Shown in pieces: positions 1 to 11,718 of a DNA stretch of 64,000 bases. The stretch's first letter is position 1. Each line of letters starts with the position of its first letter. Source of the stretch: Octopus sinensis (Eukaryota); NCBI RefSeq assembly GCF_006345805.1, contig NC_042999.1, positions 132,680,001-132,744,000 of the forward strand. Reading direction: 5' to 3'. Below the pieces are notes generated by a model. The model made no database searches, was not told the DNA's origin, and worked only from the letters and a program-made list of their open reading frames with translations. A program made the translations under genes and the position numbers.

Positions 1-297
1 TTCCACGCCATCATCTTTTGTTCATGCCAAATTTTTACTTGCTCACTCTCAGCTGAAACTGGAATTTTATTTTCCCATTTCGGAATCCTCTGGGATTGTC
101 CTGACATCTCTGAAGTGGACGTGTGAACAAAGAATGCAATAAAGGTAGAAAATTACCATTGCACTCCCTACATTTCCCTTTTCCTAGCATGTTTCAGAGT
201 TTTACAGGAAACAACCTGGCGAAAATTAGAAATCAAACTGTCAAACCAAAACAATAATATACCGAACAAACCAAACCAAAGTTATATACTGAGCAAA

Positions 298-545
298 AGC
301 GGCAAACTGGCAGAATCGTTAGCGTGCTGATCGAAATACTTAGCGACACTTCTTCAGACTTACTTTCTGAGTTCAATTTCAGCCGAGAGCGACACTTCTT
401 CAGACTTACTTTCTGAGTTCAGTTTCAGCCGAGATCGGCTTGGCTTTTTATCCTTTCCTGGTTGATAAAATAAGTACCAGTCGAATACCTGGGGTCTATG
501 TAATCGACTTGACACCCTCTTCTCAAAATCGCAGGCTTTGTGTTT
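298..545 (+). mobile_element. tRNA-derived SINE, family A (multi-copy in window), with internal 46-bp tandem duplication
   Basis: Head GGC..CTGGCAGAATCGTTAG, B-box-like GAGTTCAATTTC, body GCTTTTTATCCTTTCCTGGTTGATAAAATAAGTACCAG; same pattern recurs many times in the window. Confidence 0.75.
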
Positions 546-560
546 ATAGTAAAAGACTAC

Positions 561-565
<5 letters not shown>

Positions 566-606
<41 letters not shown>
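566..606. repeat. (GA)n microsatellite
   Basis: Direct reading. Confidence 0.95.
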
Positions 607-612
<6 letters not shown>

Positions 613-871
613 TCTTAGCCATAAGTCGGCAAATGAAAGCAAACATATACCGGAAAGCGGGTTCCCTTTCCATTGTAGCTTACTTATCAAAGATTGATCT
701 GTGACTAAACAGCAAAAACAGTGGCTGGTTGTTTAAAGTTTCCTGGGTTGGAAAATTATAAACTAAGCAAGCATGAATGAGAATAAACCTGAATATTGCA
801 AACTTAGAGAAAAGTGTTCGATCCCAAAAGAAAATTGAAAAACAATGAGAATATTAGTAATTTTTTTATCG

Positions 872-1174
872 TTTACTTGTTTCAGTTTTTGTGCTGTGGC
901 CATGCTGGGTCATCGCCTAGAATGGGTTTAGCCGAACAAATCGACCCTAGTGTTTTTTAAGTATGGTGCTTCTTCTATCGGTCTTTTTTTGTCGAAACAC
1001 TATATTACAAAAACGTAAACAAACCAACATCGGTTGTGAGGCACGGGGAGGTCATACACAAATACAAAATGCACCCCCACACCACCCACACACCCACACA
1101 CGCACCGACATATAAGCATGCATATATATATATATATGTATGTGTATGTATATATATATCTATATCAATCAATC

Positions 1175-1219
<45 letters not shown>

Positions 1220-1423
1220 CATATACAAACACTTCTATGCACATCTATATACATACATATACCCACTGACAAATATACATGCATATTTCTATGTATGTGT
1301 ATACACACACACACACACACATATATATACACAATATATATATTATATATATGATATGATATATATATATATATATAAATATAAATGTATATATTTGTAT
1401 CTCTCTCTCTCTCATATATATAC

Positions 1424-1481
<58 letters not shown>

Positions 1482-1508
1482 CATACATAATATATATATA
1501 TATTATAT

Positions 1509-1556
<48 letters not shown>

Positions 1557-1866
1557 ATATTCGGAATGGTCCTTTTTGCCAGTTTAGCCAATAAAAACAC
1601 ACGCACTATATATTTATTGGCTAACTGGCAAAATGACCATTCCGAATATAGCAATATCTGTTTCAACACACGACTTCACATAAAAAATCTTGCACAACAA
1701 ATAATATATATACATACATATATATATATATATATATATGACGGGCCTCCGTCCAGCAAATTCACTCATTCCGTATTGATCGGCCTGAGGCAGTAGTAGA
1801 AGGCAGTTGTCCAAGGTGCTGCGCAGTGCGACAGAACCCAGCGAGCTTTTTAACTAAACAGCCATA
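872..1866 (-). mobile_element. tRNA-derived SINE family B (CORE-like), split by an expanded internal microsatellite
   Basis: 3' part about 872-1052 and head about 1738-1866 match the intact copy at 30819-31218; separated by (CA)/(TA)/(TCTA) arrays and other sequence. Confidence 0.6.
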
Positions 1867-1958
1867 TTAATTAAAAAATATACCACCCATCTTTATGTAT
1901 TGGAGTTGATGCTGGACGGTAAGCCATATCTAACGATTCAATCTGCTCGCTGCTTTTT

Positions 1959-1965
1959 AATAATG

Positions 1966-2004
<39 letters not shown>

Positions 2005-2085
2005 TAATATAATAATAATAATATTAATAATAATAATAATAATAATAAAATAATAATATAATAATAATAATAATAAATAATAACA
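1959..2085. repeat. (TAA)n microsatellite, imperfect
   Basis: Direct reading. Confidence 0.9.
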
Positions 2086-2471
2086 ACAGATGATTTTTAA
2101 AATGAGAATATCTGAATAAGCCCCACTGCTCTCACAAACGAGAATACTAAAAATGAACCTGGCCGCTCTCAAAAATTAAGCAAAAAACTAGAAAATTAAT
2201 ACAGAACCCTTATCCAGGACCTGATCGATCCCAATGATAGTCATGGAAAGTGTAGGTAGCTATAGAAAATTTAGTAACAGTAATAAATAGTTTACCTTAT
2301 CTGATACAAGCCAAAGTTAATAAATTCACCATTCAAAAGAGTTTCAAAGGTAGCGGTAATAATAATAAGTTCTACTCAAGAATTTTTAAATGAATAACAT
2401 GAGACCTTTTGTTTTGTCTTCTCTTAAATTCCAGCCTTCCTTTAGTATTCTTGTTGTTTTAGATCGCTGTA

Positions 2472-2529
<58 letters not shown>

Positions 2530-2699
2530 GTTAGTATACTATAAAGTGTTAATATCTATATTCAGTGTTATTTAATTTCTGAACGTTTTGCTGCCGTTTG
2601 TTTATGTACTTTGATTTCTTTATCCACCAGTTTCTGCTAAGATAGAGACGCAAGTAAAATTGATAATAGAGAAAAGAAAATAAAACTTTGGAAACAGCC

Positions 2700-2948
2700 A
2701 AAGGAAGATAATTGAGAAAGACTTGAAAGTCAGCGTAAGGTCGTAATCATCTAAAGTAAAGTATATATAACAAATAATCCAGAATGCTTGTTCGGTACCG
2801 GATCGATTCCAAAATCTAATCAGTTCGTGCCAATCATGAGGCCAAACCTCGTTGAAAGTTTCATACAAATTTATCTAGTGGTTCTTGAGATATCTTGTCC
2901 ACGGACAACACGATTGAAAACAATACCCTCACCTTCGTTAAGGCGGAG

Positions 2949-2951
<3 letters not shown>
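2700..2951 (-). mobile_element. Non-autonomous Helentron/HINE (DINE-1-like) fragment
   Basis: Terminal hairpin CTCACCTT-CGTT-AAGGCGGAG (2928-2948) followed on the minus strand by GGTATTGTTTTC..GTCCGTGGACAAGATATCTCAAGAAC, an architecture typical of HINEs; left boundary uncertain. Confidence 0.5.
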
Positions 2952-3030
<79 letters not shown>

Positions 3031-3132
3031 TGATGATGATAATAATAATAACAACAACAACAACAACAATAATAATAATAATAACAACAACAACAACAAC
3101 AACAACAACAATAATAATAATAATAATAATAA
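2949..3132. repeat. Compound (TAA)/(TGA)/(CAA) microsatellite
   Basis: Direct reading. Confidence 0.9.
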
Positions 3133-3149
3133 TGGAGGAGCTTCATGGC

Positions 3150-3390
3150 CATGTGTTGAAAGGTTACTGAGGCGATATATGCATTCGCTACTTCTACCTG
3201 GTCTTTCAGAGATAGCTTCCTTTCTGCTCTTTTCTGAATGAGCTTGGCTACCCTAGTCATGATCTCTTTCCAGTTCCTATCTTCCTGGGGGATCTGGTCC
3301 GAAACAAACTCCGAGCACTTTCACCGGACCTTCCGTGCAGCGACAGAAGTCGCTGCTAGTCGACTTGCCTCTCCAAGAGCCTAGTTGCAC
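3150..3390 (-). mobile_element. Tx1/L1-clade LINE RT C-terminal fragment
   Basis: Minus-strand translation QLGSWRGK..GPVKVLGVCFGPD../EDRNWKEIMTRVAKLIQKRAERKLSLKDQVEVANAYIASV resembles the Tx1/L1 post-RT motif (W..RKLSL.GR..V.N..I.S). Confidence 0.75.
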
Positions 3391-3703
3391 ACACGCGCGC
3401 AAACATACCACTCTTTTGCACACACATACACTCATACTTCAAACTGCCAGGAGTGAAGCAAAAAAAAAAAGAAAAGAAAAGAAGAGTGCCATTGTTATCA
3501 AGTGAACGATATTTCGGCATCTAGTAACTGAATCCTATAAAATATTACCAAAAATGAAGTATATTGACAAGTTTATTTTTTCAACCTCTTGAAGGCACAC
3601 TAAATGCCGAAATAACGTTTACTTGATAACAATGGCACTCTTCTTTTTTAGCTTATTATTATTATTATCATCATCATCATCATTATTATTATTATTATTA
3701 TTA

Positions 3704-3826
3704 CTTTTTTTTTTCTTCTTTCAAATTTTCTTCCATTTCTTGCCGAGTGTCTTCCCGACTCCTAGGGCAAAGAAACTCATAGTGTATATTGGTAGGCCAT
3801 TAAACCAAACTCAGTAGTTCGTTCAT
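3704..3826 (-). mobile_element. Inverted copy of the 3' terminal ~122 bp of the R4/Dong-like LINE at 3952-5375
   Basis: Reverse complement of 5254-5375 with about 4 substitutions plus a poly-A length difference; followed on the minus strand by (TAA)n. Confidence 0.9.
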
Positions 3827-3837
3827 ATTTTTTTTTT

Positions 3838-3850
3838 ATTATTATTATTA

Positions 3851-3944
<94 letters not shown>

Positions 3945-3953
3945 ATTATTAAT
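3838..3953. repeat. (TTA)n microsatellite
   Basis: Direct reading. Confidence 0.95.
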
Positions 3954-5375
3954 AACTGAACTAAATGCACGTAACAAGGTGTTAGCTATAAATTCCTTAG
4001 CAGTTCCAGTTGTTACTTATAGCTACAATGTGTTGAACTGGAATATGAGTGAAGTAAAGAATATAGATAGGAAAATACGCAAGCTGCTGAGTTGTAATAG
4101 GATGCACCACCCAAAGGCAGACGTAGATCGCCTTTACCTTCCCAGAGCCCAGGAGGTCGAGGCCTGATCCAATTTGAACTAGCTTACAAAACAACCACAA
4201 TTGAACTGGCCAAATATCTCGAAATATCGAATGACTGGATGCTAAAGCTCGTGGAAAATCACGAGAGACGAAAGAAGCTTCATTCTATCATAAAGGAAAG
4301 CAAAAAATTTGCTATTGATCTCGTGCAGGATACCCAAACAGAACAACCCGAGGAAAGTACGGCAATTATTGTTGCAAAGAAAGTGAAAATAATGGCAACG
4401 AAAAAAGCGCTCGAGCAATTGGCTGATAGGTGGGAGGAGAAACCTCTGCACGGCAAATATGTGACCCGCAGCAAACAAGCTGATGTTGACCAGAAGCAAA
4501 CCCATCAGTGGCTACGGAGCTCAGGGCTAAAAGCAGAGAGCGAAGGTTTCATCCTGGCTGCTCAAGATCAAAGCCTATTAACCCGGAACTACCAGGCCAA
4601 TGTGATGAAAAATGGAGCAGACCCAAAATGCCGATTCTGCAACGACATGATTGAAACAGTGGACCACCTAATCTCTGGATGTAAAGTCTTAGCTCCAGTG
4701 GAGTATAAATTAAGACATGACAGAGTTGGCCAATATCTCCACTGGCTAATAAGTCGGCATTACAATATCAAAACTGCCGACAAGTGGTATAATCACCACC
4801 CTGAGGCTGTAACTGAAGGAGAAAATGTAACCATTCTGTGGGACTTTCCAGTACATACAGACCGAACCATCAAGGCCAATAAACCAGACATTGTTGTGAA
4901 AGACCAAAACAATAAAGTTTGCTTATTGATCGACATGAGCATCCCCTGTGATCATAATATCTCAGCGAAAGAGTTTGACAAGCTCAGAAAATATAAAGAC
5001 CTACTCATTGAAATTGAGAAAATGTGGCATCTCAAGGCGGTTATAATACCTGTGATCGTAGGAGCACTAGGAATGATCAAGAAGGGAACCGAAAATTATA
5101 TGAGAATGATCCCTGGCTTACCATCCCTGCAAGAAGTGCAAAAGATTGTCTTAACTGGTACATCACACGTATTGAGAAGAGCATTGTCGATGTGAGAACT
5201 GTTGCTGCTCATGTATTTTAATTTAACTTAAAAAAAAAAAAATTTTTTAAAAAATGAACGAACTATTGAGTTTGGTTTAATGGCCTACCAATGTATACTA
5301 TGAGTTTCTTTGCCCTAGGAGTCGGGAAGACACTCGGCAAGAAATGGAAGCAAATTTGAAAGAAGAAAAAAAAAG
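3952..5375 (+). mobile_element. 5'-truncated R4/Dong-like non-LTR retrotransposon (RT thumb + CCHC + RLE endonuclease + 3' UTR)
   Basis: ELNARNKVLAINSLAVPVVTYS..MHHPKADVDRLYLPR, one frameshift near 4150 (restores GGRGL), then continuous into the 318-aa ORF; ends in (TAA)n. Confidence 0.92.
4239..5195 (+). CDS. C-terminal part of R4/Dong-like ORF: zinc knuckle and restriction-like endonuclease
   Basis: CRFCNDMIETVDHLISGC (CCHC), RHD, LWDFPVHTDRTIKANKPD, LLIDMSIP, K..KY, PVIVGALG: standard RLE motifs, uninterrupted. Confidence 0.9.
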   Translation: MLKLVENHERRKKLHSIIKESKKFAIDLVQDTQTEQPEESTAIIVAKKVKIMATKKALEQLADRWEEKPLHGKYVTRSKQADVDQKQTHQWLRSSGLKAESEGFILAAQDQSLLTRNYQANVMKNGADPKCRFCNDMIETVDHLISGCKVLAPVEYKLRHDRVGQYLHWLISRHYNIKTADKWYNHHPEAVTEGENVTILWDFPVHTDRTIKANKPDIVVKDQNNKVCLLIDMSIPCDHNISAKEFDKLRKYKDLLIEIEKMWHLKAVIIPVIVGALGMIKKGTENYMRMIPGLPSLQEVQKIVLTGTSHVLRRALSM

Positions 5376-5401
5376 TAATAATAATAATAATAATAATAAT
5401 A

Positions 5402-5860
5402 ATGGGCTACAGCAAATATTCTGCTCAATACCACAGATTTGCTTGTCAGTTGCTTGACCTTAACCAGTTGAGCATGTCCCTCGGTGGCTGACGATATGTG
5501 CATCTCTGATCACGAGCAGAAGTAGTGGGGAGCATCATAGCCATGTGTTGAGAGGGATTCTTTGGGGTTTGAATAATTCACCTCTGGAAACATGGGTGTT
5601 TCATTCAACATCCTTAAACAGTCCTCAATCGGGGAACTTTTGAGTGGGATGGGTTACCCAACCAGAAGAAAATTCTAACTGGGCCCCACCCGCAAGGTCA
5701 TGCACTATTTATCTTGTTATGAGATCACCATGTCGCGCACATATGGTTGTGATGCATGTGTCTGGTGTACCCTTATCAGACGGGTAGTCGTGATGGGTAT
5801 ACTGGGCTTCGTATATTTACCCCAGTGTCACTTTGATGGCATGCACTGCTCTCTCACTCG
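5402..5860 (+). mobile_element. Dispersed ~540-bp non-coding repeat family D, left-truncated copy
   Basis: Aligns to 5880-6404, 9201-9697 and 54998-55540; flanked by (TAA)n. Confidence 0.85.
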
Positions 5861-5879
5861 ATAATAATAATAGTAATAT

Positions 5880-6404
5880 GCCCTGATGCAATACCAGGAA
5901 ATGGATCTCATGCATTGTGATCTTAACTGATTGGAAGTGTTATCATGTACATTGTTTTGTCTTGGTATAAAAGATAGGCTGCAGTAAATATTCTGCTCAA
6001 TACCACATATTTGCTTGTCAGTTATTTCCCCTTAACTAGTTGAGCTTGTCCCTTGGTGGCTGACGATATGTGCATCTCTGATCACGAGCAGAAGTAGTGG
6101 GAGAGCATCATAGCCATGTATTGAGAGGAATTTTGGAGGTTTGGATAATTCACTCCTGGAAATATGGGTGTTTCGTTCATCATCCTTAAACAAACCTTAT
6201 TCAGGGACCTTTTGAGTGGGATGGGCTATTCGGCCTAACGAAAATTCTGAGTCCCCACCTGTAAGGTCATGCGCTGTTTACCTTGATATGAGATCACCAT
6301 GTGCATGGTGTACCCTTATCAGACGTGTAATTATGATGGGTATATTGGTCTTCATATAATTGTACCCCAGTGTCACTTAGATAGCATGCGCTGCTCTCAG
6401 ACTG
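5880..6404 (+). mobile_element. Family D repeat, apparently full length
   Basis: Starts CCCTGATGCAATACCAGG, ends CTGCTCTCAGACTG + (AAT)n. Confidence 0.85.
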
Positions 6405-6447
6405 AATAATAATAAAAATAATAATAATGTTGATGATGATGATGATG

Positions 6448-6501
<54 letters not shown>

Positions 6502-6530
6502 TAATAATAATAATGATAATAATAATAATA

Positions 6531-6653
6531 ATCCTTTCTACTAAAGCCACAAGGGGGGAGGGGGATAGAATTTGCACTCAGAGTATAAACACGGACGAAA
6601 TGCCGTTAAAAATTTTGTCCGGCAAGCTAACGATTCTGTCAGCTCGCAGCCTT
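6531..6653 (-). mobile_element. SINE family A, internally deleted
   Basis: GGACGAAATGCCG..CGATTCTGTCAGCTCGC head match. Confidence 0.6.
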
Positions 6654-6667
6654 CGAATAATAATAAT

Positions 6668-6806
6668 GGAAACCAGGTATAGTGTTAATTGAGAAAGAAA
6701 GAAAACGATGCTGGTTCATAGATCTAGCATGCCCAGCTAACAAGAAGGTATCCGATAAGGAAGAAAGAAAAGTCGAGAGATATGACAGGTTAGCTTGGGA
6801 GGCTAA
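6668..6806 (+). mobile_element. R4/Dong-like RLE endonuclease fragment
   Basis: KPGIVLIEKERKRCWFIDLACPANKKVSDKEERKVERYDRLAWE matches the KPD..IDIACP..KE.EK..KY..L pattern; preceded by TAA repeats. Confidence 0.75.
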
Positions 6807-6834
6807 CCCTTTTTGGGGACTATACTGGAAGACA

Positions 6835-7300
6835 GCCTGGAAGAGGCGTGGACGAGCAACAGTGCAAGATACAGTGCTTTGCTGGCCAACTAACTGAAGT
6901 CAGCAATTTGCACCAAACGCCGATGGCTATTATCGAAGTAAGGGTGGCCCACACACGGCTGCCCAGACCGTTGGAACCATTAATCAATTCGATTTTGAGG
7001 TGCTGGAATACTCTGCCTACAGCCCAGATCGCGCCCCTTTTGACTATTATTACTTTGGACCACTCAAAGATGGTATACGAAGTCGTCGATTTCCTACAGA
7101 TGACGATGTGAAGGAAACGGTGTATAAATTGTTGCACCACAAACCAAAAACCTTCTTGGAGGAAATACGCAAGCTTGTCGACAGCTAGACCAAGTGCATC
7201 GAAAAGGAAGGAGACTATATAGAAAAAAATTGACGTACTTATTTATCCCCTGCTTTTCTGTAAATACATTGACAAAACAAACGTGCGTACAATTTTTTAG
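6835..7300 (+). mobile_element. mariner transposase C-terminal relic with right end
   Basis: PHTAAQTVGTINQFDFEVLEYSAYSPDRAPFDYYYFGPLKDGIRSRRFPTDDDVKETV..KLVDS*TKCIEKEGDYIEK (YSPDLAP.D motif); ends CTCCCTCATA. Confidence 0.88.
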
Positions 7301-7308
7301 TCTCCCTC

Positions 7309-7339
<31 letters not shown>

Positions 7340-7368
7340 TTATATGTGACATATTTAGACAAAGTGAT

Positions 7369-7404
<36 letters not shown>

Positions 7405-7818
7405 ACACATACACACACAAACACATGCACACACACACACACGCACACACATACACACGCACAAGCATGGAAACAAGTATACGTACGTTTCCGGTCTATA
7501 TAATATATAATAGGATAAGCATCTTATGTAATACCTTCCTCAGTTAAAACATTTCGAATTTTGAAATTTATTAACCGAGCAAGGTCTTCTGAAACGTTCA
7601 TATTAAATGATTTCAAAATATCACTATTTGGTTTGACATCATTATTACAAATTATATAACTCGATGTCAGTACAAACTAGCTGGTCTATCTATCTATATA
7701 TGAAGTATTTTGGGGCAGAAAACCCAGTGTTTGCGGTAGATACATACATACATACATACATAAATAATTACATAATTGCATAATTTATGAAGAGCTGAAA
7801 ATAAATGTTGAAGTAATA

Positions 7819-8328
7819 ATCCCGGTGATTGAAAAGTAACTCACTATCTAAAAATACTTATAAATTATTTATTATTTGTAAATTTTACCCAAAAAATGGT
7901 TATGAGATGAAAGCTTTTAGTATGAGGCTTTATTTAAAATTTGATATGGGCTCCAGATGTCGCCACCAGCTTTTTGAGTCGCCCATGAAGTACGTCAACT
8001 GATTTCGCCAAGAACTCTTGTGAGATGGAAGGCATAACTTCTCGTATTCGCCCTTCTAGTTCTTTCAGTCTTTGGTTTGGTACAGTAGACTCGTTCCGGT
8101 GTCTTGAGTCAGGACTTCTGACTGGCCACTCATGTAGTCCACGACGACCCATCCATCTCCCGGGTAAGTGGACATTCAGCCATTCACGAACAAGAACAAA
8201 ATGTGGAGGCACGTCATCTGGCATGAAAATCAAGTCTTCAATATTCTTCCAAGCACTGATAACCGACATGATCTCATTTTGCAGCATAGTGAGGTAACCA
8301 TAGGGAGTTACTTTTCAATCATCCTGTA
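7819..8328 (-). mobile_element. Internally deleted Tc1/mariner-superfamily element (rosa/DD41D-like)
   Basis: 17-bp inverted repeat TGATTGAAAAGTAACTC (7826-7842 / 8305-8321); ORF 7934-8287 has DDVPPHF..VREWLN..LPGRWMGRRG..EWPVRSPD. Confidence 0.8.
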
Positions 8329-8774
8329 TATCTTTTAATTTTAATGAATGATATTGGAAAAGTTTCATTTACCTTTTAGACCTAAAAGAAATGAATCATG
8401 GACATTGGGCCTTGACGCATCTGTAGTTATGCTTCTGCTCATTGATAACACAAGCTCGTTCTCCTATTTTTATTCTGACAAAGATTTTAGTTTGAAAATG
8501 TTTTTCAGATGTAAGTATTGTACCAGGTTTTAATATTTTATTTCTAGGAAAATTTATATCCAGTCAACATGGATGACACCTTCTCCTACCCTCGTAGTAC
8601 GCCCTTTAAATTTGCTGCTCCCTTGTTGGCTTGTAACGTCTATATTGGAGCGGTATCTACTTGGTTGAGAAGTACCGATTAAAGGATCGGACATTACAGA
8701 AAGAAGCATTTCGCAGATAGTAATGAATAGGACAACCACATTGATTTTTATTAAATTACGTATGGAGGAGCAAG

Positions 8775-9110
8775 CGTAGTTGTATGGTAATAAGTTTGCT
8801 TCTCACTCACATGGTTCTGCGTTCAATAACTTGGTTAAGTGTCATGTAGCCCCGGGTTGACCAGCGTTTTGTGAATGCATTTGATAGAGATAAACTGAAT
8901 GAAACCCATCGCAAATATGTGTGTGTGAGTGTGTGCATGTGTGTATGTGTGTATCTTTGTGCATGTGTGTATGTGTGTATCTTTGTGCTTGTTCTCCATC
9001 ACTTTTTGAGAATAGATATTGGTTTGTTTAAATACCTGTAAGTTAGTGGTTCGGTACGAGAGAGCGATAATATCACCCTTTATAAAATAAGTACTAGCCT
9101 TCATTGTTCA
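8775..9110 (+). mobile_element. SINE family B, degenerate
   Basis: Head, internal (TG)n and GAGCGATAA..AAATAAGTACTAG tail. Confidence 0.6.
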
Positions 9111-9200
9111 AATGAAATATTATCTTCAAGGTGGTGTCCCAGCATGGGATAAACGATAAAGCAAAATATAGAGTTGATTGAATCATCAGTTTATGGAGTA

Positions 9201-9697
9201 GCTCTAATGGCTTCTGATCTTAACTGATTGGAAGTGTTATCGTGCACATGTTTGGGCTACAGAAAATATTCGCTCAATAGCACAGATTTGGTCGTCAGTA
9301 GCTTGACTTTAACCAGTTGAGCATGTCACTAAGTGGCTAAGGATATGTGCATCTCTGATCACGAACAGGTGCAGTGGGGAAGCATCATAGCCATGTGCTG
9401 AGAATTCTTTGGTATTGAATAATTCACCTCTAGAAACATGGATGTTTCATTAATCATCCTTAAATAGCTATTATTCAGGGACCTTTTGAGCGGGATGGGC
9501 TACTCGACGTGAAGAAAATTTCAACTGCAAGGTCATGCGCTGTTTATTTTGGCATGAGGTCACCATGTCGTGCATATATAGTTGTGATGCATTTACCTGG
9601 TGTACCCTTATCAGACGGGTAGCTATAATGTGTATATTGAGATACCTATATTTGTGCCCCAGTGTCACTTAAATAGCATGCGCTGTTCTCTCTCTCA
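9201..9697 (+). mobile_element. Family D repeat, left-truncated
   Basis: Aligns to 5880-6404; right end CTCTCTCAATAATAG. Confidence 0.85.
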
Positions 9698-9789
9698 ATA
9701 ATAGTAACAACAACAACAATAATTATTATTATAATAATGATAAAGCAGAATCGTTCTAGGATAGAATGTGAATGTATATTATTGGTTTG

Positions 9790-9997
9790 AGATTTTATTA
9801 TAAGGCCAGAAATTTCGTTGGAGGGGTAAATCGATTACATTGACCCTAGTGCTCCACTGGTACTTATTTTATCACAAGGATGAAAGGAAGAGTCGTCATT
9901 AGCGGAATTTGAACTTGAACTCATAACGTAAAGACAGACGAAATGCCGCTAAACATTTTGCATGGCCCGATAACGATTCTGCCGGTTCGCCGTCGTC
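9790..9997 (-). mobile_element. SINE family A
   Basis: TCGATTACATTGACCCTAGTG..GGATGAAAG..GAATTTGAAC..GACGAAATGCCGCTAA. Confidence 0.75.
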
Positions 9998-10548
9998 GTA
10001 AATAGATGATATTGGGCCACTTCACTCGAAAGTAAATACGACGGAGCTCATTTGTCTAAGCTATAAATATGATGGATGGCAAAAATAAAAAAGAGAGAGA
10101 GAAATTAACGACAGGTCAGTTGTTTGATCTCTGCTGCATGTGATTGACTACCAGGCCGTCTTCCCAGAGTTCATGTGCATACGACGGCGATATCTAGTTG
10201 TATATAATAAATCATATTTTTGATGTTTTATTATTGTGAATTTGGGTGCGGATACCAAATCTCTTCGGGTTGATTTCTTTCAATCTTCTGTAACATCATA
10301 TGCAATTTTGGAAACTTAAAAAGTAAAAGAAAAGAAAAGAGAAACAAGAAAACAATATCAGTGTAACTTGTACAACGTTCTTTCTGTCCATGTCTTCTTA
10401 TATTTCAAGAAAATACTTCCGATGCATAAAACACTACGCACCATACGTCACTACAAGCCGCCAGCACACTCTATCAATTCAAAGCAACAAGATTCCCTCT
10501 GTCCTTCATTATTTGTCATCACTATATTTATGTCACCAATACTTTTTT

Positions 10549-10937
10549 TACTCTTTTACTTGTTTCCATCAGTTCACTGCGCCCGTGCTGGAGTGCCACA
10601 CTGAAGGGTTTTAGTTGAACAAATGGACCCCAGGACTTAAAAGTCTAGTACATATTCTATTGGCCTCTTTTGCCAACCCACTAAGCTACGGGGACGTAAA
10701 CAGACTGACACCAGTTGTCAAACGAAGATGGGATAACAAACGCAGACAGACAGACACACACACACACACTCATACGACGGGCTTCTTTCAATTTCTGTCT
10801 ATCAAATCTACTCACAAAGCTTTGGTCGGCCCGAAGCTATAATAGAAGACACTTACCCAAGGTTATACGCAGTGTGACTGATCCCGGAACCATGTCGTTG
10901 GTAAGCAAGCTTTTTACCACACATTTACACCTGCGCC
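10549..10937 (-). mobile_element. SINE family B
   Basis: Colinear with the reverse complement of 30819-31218. Confidence 0.8.
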
Positions 10938-10944
10938 TAGTAAT

Positions 10945-11335
10945 ATTGATTTCAAAAGGCCTGCATTTTTTGTGGGAGGGCGAGGATATGTCGATTACAT
11001 CGACCCCAGTATCTTAGCTGGTACTTATTTTATCGACCTCCCAAAGGATGAAAGACAAAGCTGACTTCAGTAAACTCAGAACATGAAGAAAAAATGTCGC
11101 TAAGCATTTTGCCCGGCCTGCTAACAATTTTGTCTACTCGCCGCCTTACTAATACATAGTAATATTATAATACTCCATAGGGCGGTGAGGGGCCGACAGA
11201 ATCGTTGGCACGCCGGACTAAATGCTTAGCTGCATTTCGTCCGTCTCTACGTTCTGAGTTCAAATTCCGCCAAGGTCGGTTTTGCTTTTTATCCTTTCGG
11301 GGATTTAATGCCAAAATTTGAAATCAATATTGTAA
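10945..11335. mobile_element. Two SINE family A copies head-to-head (about 10945-11148 minus, 11181-11335 plus)
   Basis: Family A head and body motifs on both strands. Confidence 0.7.
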
Positions 11336-11489
11336 TACTCCTTTAATACCCGCCAACATTTACACTCCACCACCATACCCAACTCCCCTATTCTTCAACT
11401 CCCTTAGTTTATACGCTATCAGCATGCATTACGATAAAACTCTTTCATGATATATTTTCATAACGTTTTACCCCACCGTTTTATATCGG

Positions 11490-11718
11490 TTTCAAAATTT
11501 GGTACAGGACCAGCAATTTTGGAGAAGTCGATTACATCGGTCCCAGTGTTGAAATGGTACGTATTTTATCGATCCTGAGAGGATGAAAGGCGAAGTCGAC
11601 CTCGGAGCTTTAGGTGTTTTTGCTCAATAAACACTCACACCGCCCGGTCTGGGAATCGAAACCGCGATCCTACGACCGCGAGTCCGCTGCCCTAACCACT
11701 GGGCCATTGCACTTCCAC
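11490..11718 (-). mobile_element. Chimeric SINE: distinct tRNA-like head joined to a family A body
   Basis: Minus head GCAATGGCCCAGTGGTTAGGGCAGCGGACTCGCGGTCGTAGGATCGCGGTTTCGATTCCC (A and B boxes), then CTAAAGCTCC|GAGGTCGACTTCGCCTTTCATCC. Confidence 0.65.

Noticed and set aside
7475-7548. Hammerhead-like CUGAGGA..GAAACGUACGUA on the minus strand
   Set aside because: Stem I pairs only 1 bp and stem II is imperfect; at best a decayed copy
8600-8730. CNVYIG peptide resembling GIY-YIG
   Set aside because: Too short and degenerate to call
11640-11715. tRNA-like sequence on the minus strand
   Set aside because: Has A and B boxes but no proper acceptor stem, and runs into a SINE body; it is a SINE head, not a tRNA gene
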